DNA from: Guillardia theta CCMP2712
Taxonomy: Eukaryota > Protista > Cryptophyta
Reading direction: 5' to 3'
Length of the DNA stretch: 40,328 nucleotides
Assembly (NCBI RefSeq): GCF_000315625.1
Contig: NW_005434667.1
Location: forward strand, 172,427-212,754
The number at the start of each line of letters is the position of its first letter. Positions within the stretch are counted from its first letter, which is position 1. The notes beneath the pieces were generated by a model. It was not told where the DNA came from. It worked only from the letters and a program-made list of their open reading frames with translations, and searched no databases. Below are positions 22,286-38,716 of the stretch, piece by piece. The position numbers were made by a program, and so were the translations under genes.

Positions 22286-23902
22286 GGAATGGGGATGGGG
22301 ATGGGGATAATGAAAGTGACACAATGTTCTTGCAGGAAGCAGCGAAGATGTTGATGAGACCAGAACCAGGTCATAAGGAGAACGAAAGCACCAATCAGGT
22401 GAATGTCGACGATGAGCAACGAGATCATCCTCTTGTCTCACCCTTGTTCCTTCTTCAAGACATCAAACAGCAGGAAGGAAGCCTCTACTGCACCAACTCT
22501 TCAAGAACATGAGCCATGTGCGTTGTTTCCTTGTTCTACATTCTCCTGACTTTCTCTCCGTTCCTGCAGCTCAACAGACTGCGGAGGTCAACAGGTCCAT
22601 TGTCTGTCATCTTCATTCTTTTCTGACGATGCAATCACATCAGCTCCTCACCTTCTCCCATCCTCTTCGGAGTTCTCGACAAGCTCGACGACAGGCGTTG
22701 GACGAAGCGATGTTTCCTTGTGCGATTGCCTCCTCCTCCTCTTCCCACTCCTCCCCCTCCCCCTTCCACTCGCTCTCTGCTCCTCTTCCTCCTCCTCCTT
22801 GTTGGTCATCCTTTGCTGCTCTCCTGACATCTAAGTCAGCTGCTTGCCGACGGAACCTTCAAGGATACCAGTGGAGACTTCACCGTGAGCTGTCCTCTTC
22901 CGCTCTCCCCCCGCCTCCCTCCTCTCTCCCTCCGCTTCCTCCCCTCCAGCCAGTTGGTCTCCCTTTTGTCTTTTCCTCATCCTCGCTTGCAGCTTCAGCT
23001 CTCTTCAGAGTCCAAGGCGACTCAGGTGAAGTGAGAGGAAGCGGAAGGGGTTGGAAGAAGGGAGTCAGAAACGAGGAGCGAGAACTAGGACTGTGGAAGA
23101 GGAGGAGGAGGAGGAGGAGGAGGAAGAGGAGGAGGAGGAGGAGGAGGAGAAGGAGCACTGAACTGTGGCCTCAGATTCTGATAGGGCTGGAGGGGAGGGA
23201 GGAAGGTTTGCTGCTGCAGCAGTCGAGCACGGAGAGCTTCATCTTCGCTGCTGCTAGTGCTGACGTCAGCATGCGGTANNNNNNNNNNNNNNNNNNNNNN
23301 NNNNNNNNNNNNNNNNNNNNNNNNNNNNNNNNNNNNNNNNNNNNNNNNNNNNNNNNNNNNNNNNNNNNNNNNNNNNNNAGAACGAGAGGAACCGTGTGGC
23401 AACCCACCCACTGACCTCTCCTCCTCCTCCTCCTCCTCCTCCTCCTCCTCCTCCTCCTCCTCCTCCTCCTCCTCCTCCTCCTCCTCCTCCTCCTCCTTCC
23501 TGTAAGCGCTGCTTTTACCAGGTGGTGTGAGGGAATCAACAGGGTGTGGAAAGGGTCGCCTGCCGTGCCACTCAAGCGTGAGTCTTAACTCTCTTCTTCT
23601 CCTCCTGTTGCTCTTCAAGATTGTCCTGCTCCTGCTCCAGCTCCTGCTTTCTCCTCCATCCTTCGTCGAGCTCTTCGCTGACGTCATGCCTGGGCCAGCA
23701 GCTCCGAAGCAGCTGGTGTACAGCAGAGAGGAGCTCGAGGGGATTCTGGTGAGGCAGAGTGGATGGGAACACACTGGCTTCGCTCACTGTGAGGCAGGAT
23801 GGAATTCGGCGAGGAGGGCAGGGGAGCGGAGGAGCAGCAGTCCAAGACGGAGGAGGAGGTGGAGGAGGAAGAGGCATGGTCAGCAGTCTGTCCTCACATT
23901 AA
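20955..23902 (+). CDS. Helical N-terminus plus PH-domain protein (start approximate; spans an N gap)
   Basis: Spliced PH-like segment ILFGVLDKLDDRRWTKRCFL|LLADGTFKD..|ESFIFAAASADVSMR|WCEGINR, including the conserved C-terminal helix Trp. Probable stop TAA 23900-23902. Confidence 0.6.
23279..23378. other. Assembly gap (100 N) inside an intron
   Basis: Run of N. The flanking exons join in frame (..SMR|WCEG..). Confidence 1.
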
Positions 23903-24046
23903 CGAGTATGCGCGAGCTCTGCATGTAATGTAGGCCTATCTTGTAGCTCTCTCTCTTCCTCACAGCAGGACAGCCGAGCCTAACTAGACCTCAGCTCCAG
24001 CTATCCCCCAGCAAAGGGCTTCCGCTCTTGGCATGGAGCAGAGAGC

Positions 24047-27000
24047 TTAACGGCGCTTGCTAACGGCCGTGAAGCCATCGTCGTCAGTCTTTGAGCTCTT
24101 GGTCTCATCCTTAGGAGCCGAGCGAGGCTGCAAGTTGAGCCGAGGACGCTCAGCAGGAGCAGCGGCCGGTCGATCCATCTGACGATCGTCTGGAGAGCAA
24201 GTCATCGACAGGAAGTAGACGAAGGTGACGAGAGGACAGGGGAGCAGGAAGGGAGGAGAGACGAGGATGGAAGTTGAAGTCGGAGCAAGGAATCGAAGGA
24301 AGGTTGACGAGAAACGAGAAGGAGCATGCTAGTCACCTGAGCGCCTCCAGCTGTCGCCTCCTCCGCCTCCTCCGCCTCCTCCGCCTCGAGAGCCCCACCG
24401 ATCGTCTGCTCTTGGTCGATCTCCTCCAGGTCTATCGCCCATGGGGCGGTCGCCTCCTCTGTCGCTCCTCCAGCGATCGCCTCCTGGTCGGTCACCTCCT
24501 GCCCTGTCACCTCCTGCCCTGTCGCCTCCTCCCCAGCGATCTCCAGCAGGACGGTCACCACGGTCACCACGGTCGCCTCCTCCCCAGCGGTCTCCAGCAG
24601 GGCGATCGCCACGGTCTCCTGCACGATCGCCTCCTCCCCAACGGTCGGAGCCACGATCCATGGGAGGACGCTCGAGAACACCGCGTCCAGTCTCCCTGGG
24701 AGCAGCGGCAGGAGCAGTGTCCTTCTCTCTCCTCGCCTCGATCTCAGCCTCTCTCTGTTTCAAGGCACGAAGTCAACAAGAACGAAAACATCAGATAGCC
24801 ATCTACCTGTCTCTGCTTCTCAGCCATGGCGTCCAAGCGAGCTCTTTCTTCCTCACGGATTCTTTTCTCTTCCTCCATCCTCCGGCGCTTTTCGGCTTCT
24901 TCAGCCTCCTTCCTTGCACGCTCTTCAGCTTCACGTTTCTCCCTCTCCTCCCTCTCCCTCTTCTTCCTCTCACGCTCCTTTCGCGTGCGCTCCCAGTGCT
25001 CGGCTTTGTCCCTCTCGTACTGGGCTTCACGGCGCTTGGTGATCATCTCCTCAAAGACGGACTTGTCAGGGATCATGCGGAGCATGCGCTGCTTGATCAC
25101 GAGATCCTCCTCGTGCTTCTTCTTGTGGTTCTCGAGGAACTGTTTGCTCTCCACCTCCCATCGCAGCTTGTCATGCTCTTTCTGTTCTTCAAACACTTTT
25201 GCAAGGAGATCTCGTTCGTTCTCGCGACGAGCTCGCTCAAGATGGTCCATCTTGATGACCTGAGCCTGGATACGCTCCTCAGCCTCGCGCTTAAGCTTCT
25301 CTTCTTGCTCTTTTTTGGCTTTAATCAGCGCGTTCTTGTCGATGTTCTTCAACTCGTCATCGTCCAGCTCTTCAACACTCTTTCCGAGAGCATCGATGAC
25401 GGCAGCATCTTTCTTGCCCTTGCCCTTCTTCTCTTCAGCCTTGAGAGCATCCACCTGCTCCTTGAGCCTCTTCTTCTCGGCGAGTTCTTTCTCCTCTCTC
25501 TCTTGCTGCAGCTTGGCCTCTTCGCGACGGCGCTTGTCTTCTTCCTTGCGCTTCTCCTCGTACGTTCGGCGTTCTTCTTCTTCTTGCTTCCTCTTCCGAT
25601 CCTCCTCCATGGCTTTGAGGTGCATCTCACGCTCCAGCGTCTCTTTGCGCTCTTCGATCTGCATGCGCCGGGAGGACATCATCTTCCTTTCGTCCTCAAG
25701 CCTCTCAGCCAACTGCTTGAGGGCCTCCACCTTCTGAGATCGCATCTGCTCCTTCAAATCCTTCTGGATGATGTCCAGTGTGAACTGCAGTCCCTTGGCA
25801 AAGTTGGCAAGCTGTGACCGACAGTTCTCGCTCTCCAGACCCTTGTCTCCGAGGTTAAGAGTCCCGTTCTTGTGGTCGAGACGAACAACTGCTTGATTCT
25901 TGGCCACAGCTTCCACAATGAATTTCTCACAGTCGTGGAGAGACATGAAGTCAGCAAGCTTGGCGAAGTCAGCTATACGCATGGTGACATACACTTGAGA
26001 GAGCTGCTGGATCAGCTTCAAGAGGACAACCTTCTTGAGAGGATGGAGGTACTTCTTCAGTTCCTCTGACTTCTCTACAAAAGCAAACATGGGCTTCATC
26101 TGCTCGCCGAGGTGGAGAGGGTCAAAGTCACCCTCCAACACGTTGAAGAGATCCACCAACTCAGGGTAAGCCGAGGTGTTCATGTTCTTCGCGACAACGT
26201 CTGAGAGAATGGATCGACGCTGGGGAACGTTGTTGTGACCTACCAACGCTGCCATGCGAATCTGCTTGTCCTTCTCAGGATCGAAATCAACATCTTGCTG
26301 CTTGATTGCTGGGGGGGGCACAGACACAGCTCCAAGCAAAACCTTCGATGCCAGGCTCCTGAGCTGAGCTTGGGCTTGTTCCTTGGTCATATCACCCTTG
26401 GAGACCTCACGATTGAGTTGCCTTTCGCTGAGGTGGAAGATCCTTTGCATTGCGCAGGCATGGAACAAGTAGTTCTCAGAAACCCAGAAGACCTGAAGAA
26501 AAGTTAGTAAGTACAGTGGGAGAAGAGCATTCGAGCACTTGAAGTACCTGAGCGAGTTTGTCGTAGTAGTTCATCATGACCTTGCTCTTCTGTGCCTTAC
26601 GATTGGATGGATGGGACAACACGTTGTGCAGATCCTCCTACGATCACATTAAGCACAAGCACAGTGGGAAATAGAGCATGGAACTGACCGCCGACTCGAA
26701 TGCAAGTTGCCAGAGTTCAAGCTGGGTTGCTGCGTTCAACTGAGCAGCTCTGATCTCCAACCTCAAACGAAGGCCAGACTCGGTCTGTGCAGAGAACTGG
26801 CTGATTTGTGACATGTTTAAGTGAGTCTTGAGGAGCTCTTTCAACCTGGACACAAGTAAATACTCAACGAATCGACCTTTCCGCTAGAACACCTTCGAAA
26901 TTCAACTTTGCGCTTGTAGTTGACACAGAAAGCAAAAGTCTTCTTTGCAGTATCCTGGTGAACAGTATCAGGCTAACCATTCAAATGCTGGGAAAAAAAT

Positions 27001-27619
27001 AACATCTTCACACTTACAGCATAAAGCTCTTCCAGCTTCTGATTGTTCTTCAAAACCTCAAGGCAGGTTCTGTAGCTTTCCCACAAGAAACGGAGCCAAC
27101 GAACATAGTTGTCCCTGTCCGCTCTTCCTGTGTCGCTCAGGTCGCAAGTGAGAACAGACAGCATCATTGTCTCTGGCGTCTCATCAGCTTCCAAATCTTG
27201 AAGAGAAGCAACGGCTTCTGCTCCAAGGCCCGCCTTCTCTTCAGCTTCTCGCACAGCGCGTTCGCCATCACCGATGAATGAAGTAACGACCTTGAGGATC
27301 GACTCTGGCCCCTGCGAGGCGTTCTGAGCGATTTGACGGTACTGAATGAGCCCTTCCTTGGCTCTCTTCGTCTCTCGTGCCTCTGTGCAGAGCGAGAGGA
27401 ACTTCTTGAGAATATCCTCCAGAGTCGCTGTCCATGTGCGGTGACGTTTGGGCTTGATCACAGTCTCCAAGACATCGAGGGCAGCAGATTTCTGGCCAAC
27501 ACCAATGAGCTCTGTAGATAAAACGATTAGCGCCCTTGTCAACGCTATGCACTATGGATGGCATCACCTTCAGCACGCTTCAGCGCATTCTCTGGCTTTT
27601 GGAAGTAGGTAGTAGACAT
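24047..27619 (-). CDS. eIF3a: Eukaryotic translation initiation factor 3 subunit A
   Basis: MSTTYFQKPENALKRAEELIGVGQK..., AKEGLIQYR, WLRFLWESYRTCLEVLKNN, PCI region LIQQLSQVY, DHLERARRENE, a charged coiled coil, DRWGGG repeats and C-terminal DDDGFTAVSKRR*. Confidence 0.96.
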
Positions 27620-28309
27620 CTCGGATCAGACTTTCTGACCTAGATGGCTTCCACTGAAACACAAGGCACGTCAGAGATGTTTTCAGATAGAAACACTGTC
27701 AGCCAATCAAGCCGTTCATGTAAATGTGCAGTTATATGTTCATATCTTTCTGCTCGTTAGGGATGAACATGAATATTTACATGGGCCTGCCCCTTTCATT
27801 CGTTCCTCGGAAACCAAGTATTCTTCAAGCCCTGTCGAAACATGCCTTCCATACAACTACCTCCCTCATATCATCCTACTACAACAGGTACTCATGATTC
27901 TGCATTGACAGCATTCGTACACTTCACCTCCCTGCCTACGTCTTTCACATCCTCATCGTACCTCCCTCCATGTCTTCACTCCACGTAACACTCTGATAGA
28001 GACCTCTGCTTTCCCCGTCTCAGCCACACGCATGAATCTATCTCCTCCCTACTCTTCCTCTTCATCGCTGCTATTGATTCTTCCGCCATCACCCCCTCCG
28101 CTTCTAGTCAGCTGCATCTGATATTTGCCATAGCCGCCGCAGGGGGTGACGAAGCAGCTAGTACTTTTGGAGAACACATTCATGAACTTTCTTTGGGTTT
28201 CTCCGTCCAAAGCAGGAACTTTCTCCAGGAAAGAGTATGAGTCAGTAGGAACTTTTCAAGGGCGCTTATATTTTTTTTCCTCCTCCACGCTCGTGTGGGT
28301 AGTAGGGGT

Positions 28310-28522
28310 GTAAAATATTGTTTGTAAAAATTACCATAAAATTAAAATAAATTGTAAAAAAAGGGATCTGTATGATCATTTGACTTATAAATAAGTACCA
28401 AAAAGCAAACTCTGATACATTGACAACAACAATCAATACATTTATTAATAAATAAAAATATATTTGATAGCACTTTTCTTCGGTATAATAGATATATTAC
28501 TAAAAGGTTTTATCTTTCTATT
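28310..28522. other. Very AT-rich island in the eIF3a/NOG2 divergent intergenic region
   Basis: Runs such as aaaattaaaataaattgtaaaaaaa and tttattaataaataaaaatatattt, in sharp contrast to the flanks. Confidence 0.8.
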
Positions 28523-28552
28523 TCGGCGACCCTTGTCCTCACAGTAGTGTTG

Positions 28553-29001
28553 CAGTGCCGACGGGTGCGGCTGTCCGGCGCCCCGGCCCGGCGGCCCCGC
28601 CGCCCACAGTGCCAAACCGGGCCGTGGCCGGGGCGCGCCGGGGGCCGGGCTACAGGAGATCTTGATGACTGGAACGCCGCGTTGGTATGCGAGTGATCAG
28701 TGATTCACTCAGTCCCATGACGGCGGTCGCCGCACACTGGACCGCACACTGGGATAATAATCCTCCCAACGTGGCCCACCTTGAAAGCTCGAAAAACGAT
28801 CATCCGATGATCGGAGGCCCCCGTCACTGCAACGCCACTGTCCCATGAACGACTCCGTGTCAGGCTCCGCCTACTAACGGCCGCCCCAGTCAGTCCTGGC
28901 AGTGACGGTGCCGGGGCCCGGCGGGCCGGCACTAAGTTACCGGCGGTGGGTCACCGGCACCGCCGCCGGGCTGGCCGCCGGGGCCGGGCCGGGGCGGCCC
29001 G
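28553..29001. repeat. CCGG-rich element with GC-rich imperfect inverted ends (MITE-like or promoter island)
   Basis: Left ggcgccccggcccggcggcccc (~28577-28598) is roughly the reverse complement of right ggccgccggggccgggccggggcg (~28973-28996). Internal tandem ccgcacactgg x2 (~28730-28752). Confidence 0.4.
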
Positions 29002-29114
29002 TGTACCGTTCGTAGTTCAATCTGCAACGGAAAAGAAACGGCCATTGAGCCGTCTGCACGTGAAGAGCGCAATGAGAAGTCTAGCAAACGACACGATGAC
29101 AATGCGGCGACAGA

Positions 29115-29185
<71 letters not shown>
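29115..29185 (+). repeat. (CAGGAG)n microsatellite upstream of NOG2
   Basis: Seen directly. The same unit occurs at ~7593-7655 and ~38533-38593. Confidence 0.95.
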
Positions 29186-29602
29186 ACAATCAGAGGAAGA
29201 AAGGGAAGAAAAGCAAAGAAGGAAGACGGGAGGATATTACTTGGGGATGTCAAGGCTGAAATCGATTTGGGTGTGCTATGAAGTGTCGTATAATAGAGGC
29301 TGAGGTTTACAATAGTATGTTAGAAAGGATGTAGAACAAAAGTGGGTACATACAATGAAAAGAATAAGTTGGTAGAAGATATGTAGAACAGAAGTTGAAA
29401 TTGTTTGATACACGCAGAACAGCAATGGAAATCGATGCTGTTAGAGAAGTTGTACGAAATCAGAGAATCAATCTATTTTGAGAACAATTGTTTTCAACCA
29501 AGTTGTAGGTTTGATTACTGACGAACATAGTAAAGCTTCTCTCATTCTCACTTCCTGAACATTCTTCTTGTACCTGACAGTCAACGCAGCCGGACACTCA
29601 AC

Positions 29603-33344
<3,742 letters not shown>

Positions 33345-33545
33345 GAGGTGGGGAGGGAGCAGGAGCAGGAGAGGGAGAGATACAGTGAGAGCAAGATGGA
33401 GGAAGAGATGAAGAGCAACAGAGAAAGAGGCAACACATGTAACATTTCTTCAAACTTTAACAAAAAAACTTCTTGCAGAGAAAAGAAGGAAAGAGGGGTT
33501 TGCCAATAAACAAGGAAAGAACATCGAATCGCATTCCCCACACCC

Positions 33546-35382
33546 TCATCTCTTGTTGAACTGTGCGGAGAACAATCTTTTTACCTGCAATCCCATCAAA
33601 TCCCGTCGTCCTCTTCATTCTACCCACACGCCCCCCTCCCCCTCTGCTCCTGCTCCTGCCCTTGCTCCTCCATTCCCCTTGTTTTCTCCTCCCTCGCTCC
33701 CTCGCTCCCTCCTCCCTCTACTCTCACCTCGATCGCCGTCAACGCCTGAGCCGTGCCCATGTTGCTCACTCCCGCTCGTGGCGTCACAGCCCTGCCTCCT
33801 CCTTACCCTCTTCATCAGCGCTACTGGCAGACGCACCTGACGGACTTGGCAGGGGAGGAGGCGGCGGCGCACATGGCGGTGCGAAGTCGATCAGACCAGC
33901 TGCTGCCATCGCGCTGGGAGGGAGTGAGACCCTGGTCGACAGCCTTGAGCTCTGTCGCTCGTTCCTCCAGGCAGGTCACTTCCATCGAGTTGTAGAGCTG
34001 CCAGGAAGGTGAGGAGAAGAGCTGGAGGAGAGTGATGGAGGCGGAGCAGAAGAGGAAGTTGAGATGGAGAGAGAAGAGCAGGGTAGGAAGGAATGAAGTT
34101 CAGAAGTTCAAGGAGGGAGAGGAGGAAGAGGAAGAAGAGAGGAAGAGAGGAGCAAAGAGAGGAGGAGGAGGAGGAGGAGGAGGAGGAGGAGGAGGAGGAG
34201 GAGGAGGAACGGAAAGTTTTCACCTGTGCGCACAGACCGAAGGCATGGGAGAAGAAAGATTGGACGGTATAGATGGGAGAAAAGTGCTTCGACGAATACC
34301 TGTAGACTAGGTGACCGAGCATATGTAGACGTTTCAAGAACCTGATGGTCAGAGCATAACAGTCCGGAACTTTCCCTCCCATCCACGCCTGCTGCTCCAA
34401 CCCGTTCTGATCGGGACCCGAACCCTCCTGTCGGGAAGCCCTGTCAGGTCTAAGAGGAGACCCAGAGAAGCAGCAGGAGGGAGGAGTAGGAAGATGAGAA
34501 GATGGCAGCACGTTCAGCAAAGCGAAGGAGCAAGGAGGAGGAGGAGGTGGTGGAGGAGAAGTTTCAGCAGCAGCAGCAGGATCGACCTCAACAGGCCCAA
34601 CAGGAGCCAGGAAGGGGAGGATGCCCTGCCCATTGCTCGAGACGCCCTCAGGGAACAAGACGACAGGCCCGCTGAGGCTGCTCTTGCTGTTCGCCACCAC
34701 ATGGGAGATACTCTCCAACCCCCTCCTGTCGGCGATGGAAGGGAAGCCGACGATGAGGCGGATGGCGCCGAGGGGTCCTGTCCTCAGCACCTTCCCCACT
34801 GACTTGCCCTTGTCCTGGACAGGGAACACGAAGACGGGGGAGAAGCGGAAGCAGAGGTAGAGGACGTCTACGTAGGAGCAGAGAGTGGAGAGGAGGATCG
34901 ACCCTGAGCTGGCGCTCTTCAACGGAGGCCATCCAGTCTGCTTCGCCCCTGCTCGTGAGACAGTCACTGTCTTCTTCTTGGGATACCCAGCGGGGATCCA
35001 CCAAAACCTGGGAGGGCAAGTAGTGAGGATCGAGGAGGAGGAGGATATCGGAAATAAGTCACCCGAGGAGGAGGAGGAGGAGGCGACAGCAGACGACATC
35101 GACGATCCTGATCATCGGCCGCCGCAGGAATGCAATAGGGAGCAGCTCGAAGATGCTCCTGACCAGGATGAAGAGGAGGAATAGGATCGCACAGACTGGG
35201 AACTTAACGAGGCCCAGACACAATCCGATGAGACCCCTGAAGACTTTGAGTAGGATGTTCTTGGGGCGTACAACCTGTGATGCAGGTTTCAGGTAGGGAA
35301 GGTCATGTCATCCTGATAACCACCACATGCGATTCAATCTTTGACCCTGACAAGAATCTCTCGTGCTTTCCTATCCCACATC

Positions 35383-35424
<42 letters not shown>

Positions 35425-35503
35425 CCTCCTCTTCCCTCACCTTCTCCGGCATGAACGGCATGATGCCGCTCGCCGGATCCTCGAAGCTCCTGAACTTCTC
35501 CAT
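33546..35503 (-). CDS. LOA1/VPS66-like lysophospholipid acyltransferase (PlsC superfamily); 3' end approximate
   Basis: N-terminus MEKFRSFEDPASGIMPFMP resembles the Loa1/Vps66 MEK..WRD..TGIAPF start. Also SYVDVLYL (motif I region), VVLFPEGVSSNGQGIL (FPEG motif) and a late LYNSMEV segment. Confidence 0.8.
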
Positions 35504-35783
35504 GCTGTCGGCCGCCTTGCCACCACTATGCTGTAACGGAAAAGTAACCACTTTTGTAACCGATGAACGGAAATTGATAACGATTCTGTAACGCATTGTA
35601 ACCTTCAGCGAGCGAGCGCAATGCAGGCTTGGCCAGGGCATTGGGAGAACAGATGAAGAAGGCGAGAGAGATGAGAGACGAGGGTGAGTGAAGGGAGTTG
35701 GAAGAGTGAATGAGAGAAGGAAGTTGAGAGGAGCTTGATACGAAGACAAAGAGAAGAGACATCTCGTCAACCCTGTTATCGCT

Positions 35784-37203
35784 ATGTCAACGAGGATCTA
35801 CCTCGGTGTAATCTGGTTCTTCGTGGCTATGGAAATCAAGCAAAGTTGCTCAACAACGGCGGATGTTTGGATCTCTAAGAATAATGGAATAGCAGCGAGG
35901 GCAACCTTTCAGGCTCGCAAGTCTCATCGTTGGCTGCGATTGCGTGGCGGGATGCCGAATGTAGGCATGGAAAATTGGACCAGGTTCAGTAAATACACAT
36001 CAGCATATTCTTTGAAAATTGTTTTTCTCCTCTTCGTTCTCTTTCTTCAGCATCGCAAAGCTGACGGATCTGATCGCAGTGACTGGGATCGCGAATGTTG
36101 GAATGAATCGAACCCGAACATAACGAGCCCATTGTTTGTCCCCAAGGTGGGTCTTAGAGAGAGATTCTCTTGCCAAGGACCAGCATGTAACGAGGCCCAT
36201 CTTGCAGGGGAACTGGACGGAAGAAGACTTTGAGAAGGCCAGGAAGTAAATTTGACTGCATGTTTTTGAGCACTGTCTGAGGTCGGTCCCCTCAGCGACC
36301 CTCGTCATCAGAACGAGTTGTGTCAGTACATGATCAAAAGAGAATACGAAAGATTGAACGGCAAGTTCTTGCTGGCAGTGCATCATGCTCGTTGCTAACA
36401 GTATTATCGCAGGTATTCCTCACAGTTATGACCCGAACAAGGAAGATCCGTGGTTCGGTGGGTGCTCGTGCTGTTTCGCAGCCACGACGAAATCAGTTTG
36501 TGATTGTGAGGTTTGAAGGGGTACGAGGCGAAGGGGGACCAGAAGTGTTTGGGGATGATCCTTTTTCGGGAGTGAGTTAGGTAACAAGCTCCCGGACTGA
36601 TGCTGACCCTTTGCAGCTTCCTGGTAGATCCAACCAGTCCCTCAGGGAGGATCCCAAGTATCGCAAATATCTGCAGGGCCTGGCATGGCATGTGAGTGTT
36701 TGCCTCGGAACCAACTCCGTCTGCTCTTAGGGATCCGGATGTCGTGCCGTGGAATGTGACCTAACGATGCAGGCCAACAACACAGTGGATGAGTTTCGAG
36801 CGATAGAGCTGATGACGGCCCTTGCAACGCTGCAAGAGTTACAAGTGTGTTCAATCCGTGTATGATGTCAACCCTCATTCAATCTCTCATAGATTTACGA
36901 TTTTGAGAAACCCGTCAAAGAGCTTTTCCCTCTAAGGTACCGTGCCATCAATGTTTCACTCTTCATCATTCTGACATGTGTAAAGGGACGACGAGTATAA
37001 AGGACCTCAGTTCCGCAGCCAGGAACAACGGGAAGCAGGTTTGTGGCAGCATGTCGTCCCTTCCTACCATCTGACGTGGCTCGGACGCAGCTGCTGCTCT
37101 CCTTTACAAGGCCATCACAACCTTCCTCGGACCTGAGTACCCTCCCTTGGAGATCGACTTCATGGAGCAATGCATAGAAGATACTTTTGACGATTCGCAG
37201 TAA
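35784..37203 (+). CDS. Hypothetical protein with signal peptide and LRLRGG presequence motif (3' end approximate)
   Basis: Hydrophobic N-terminus MSTRIYLGVIWFFVAM, basic linker, then WLRLRGG. Several short GT-AG introns. Probable last exon ...EDTFDDSQ*. Confidence 0.55.
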
Positions 37204-37279
37204 CTGCTTCAGCCTCCTGTGCTGCTCCTCATCCTCCTACGGGTGAACCAAGAAGCCGTGCAATGAGCCTGAAACGGTC

Positions 37280-38047
37280 ATGCCTGATTGGTCCAAGCAC
37301 TGAACGTTTGAACTTTATGCTTGTACTTGTCAATCCCTGAGATACATCAAGAGGGAAACTTAAATCTGACAGTATTGAAATGGAATGATCGATCTTCTCC
37401 AAATCAAGCATCTGCTAGTCCCACTTTCTCCAATTTCCCAGTTCTGATTGTGAGCACCGGAGAGCACATGGCTGGCACAGCTCAGCAGATCTTGACCAAC
37501 CAACAATCATGACAAGATATACTCTTGCACTGTGTGTGGATTCTAGTTCATCCAGAGCTCACAAAGCTGCCATGGAAGTCTCCCGATGTATCCAAGGAGG
37601 GATAGCTGAGGAACAGAATCAATTTATGCCGCCTGACGCAAACAGCTCCTGAGATAATCGACGCAGCTTTCCCTCCTGCCAGCAAAACTTTAGAACAGGG
37701 CACTGCATCGGCACACGCAAAACAACTTGTTTCTCATAGCCAACCTCAGCGGTGTGTAACCATACATGTTTGGTGATCTGTTTGCTAAGAATGAGACTTG
37801 ATAATGAGAATGGTAGAGATATCGAGGACCTGTAATCCGCGTTGTTTTCTACGAGTATCTTCAAACATTCCAAATTTCCCAGTGCAGCGGCATAATGAGC
37901 AGGGGAGCTGAGAGACTTGTCCTGGGAAGATACACTGCCCTTATTCATGACGAGCTCAGTCAACTTCTTGACATCCCCTCGTTCTGCAGCGACATGCAAC
38001 TCTGATTTCTGAAAGATGGTATCCCATCTCTCATTGGATGACGACAT
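37280..38047 (-). CDS. Small ankyrin-repeat protein (3' end approximate)
   Basis: SELHVAAERGDVKKLTELV, SPAHYAAALGNLECLKILVENNAD and spliced NMYGYTPLRLAMRN: about three ankyrin repeats. Confidence 0.8.
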
Positions 38048-38533
38048 CGCTTGTCGGGAGGCGACCTGATCAACTACAAACCGTCGATCCGATGCTCAAT
38101 TCTATCCCGACGATGCTTGTTCCTCCTGTCCTCCTCGTCTCCTTCTCCTTCCTCCACTTGCCCGACTTCCTTCAACACAGCTCGTCCCTCTGCTCCTCTT
38201 CCTCTGCCTCTGCCTCTGCCTCTGCCTCTGCCTCTGCCTCTTCCTCTCTCTCTCTCCCCTTCCTCTCACTCGAAAAATTTCTTCACCTGCCACTCATCCA
38301 CATGCATCTAGGAAAAGGGGGTAGTTTGAGTTATTCAGGGGGGTAGTTTTGGTATCTGAGGGGGTGGGGGTAGCCCATTGTTCTGGAAAATGGCCAGCAC
38401 GAGAGCTGGGGAGATGATGTGGAGAGAGAGGGGGGGGGGGGGGAGGAAGACGAACAGGAGGAGGACGAGGCGGATTCAGCTCACAGCAAGATTCTTGTGT
38501 TTGTGTTTGTATGAATCAAATTGGAAGCAGAAT

Positions 38534-38593
<60 letters not shown>

Positions 38594-38716
38594 AATGGCT
38601 AGCAAGAAATCACAGATGAGGTCCTTGATTGATTGACATAGGAAGGATTATGATTTTTAATGCCGTGATGCGTTTCATGTTCATGAGCTCACTTCACGAT
38701 GAACAGCACAAGAACC

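Noticed and set aside
24441-25817. 458-aa plus-strand ORF
   Set aside because: It is antisense to the eIF3a coiled-coil exon and has no independent family signature.
28089-28149. 9-bp inverted repeat tcaccccct/agggggtga upstream of eIF3a
   Set aside because: The stem is short, the loop is large, and there are no tRNA or snRNA features, so it is compatible with chance.
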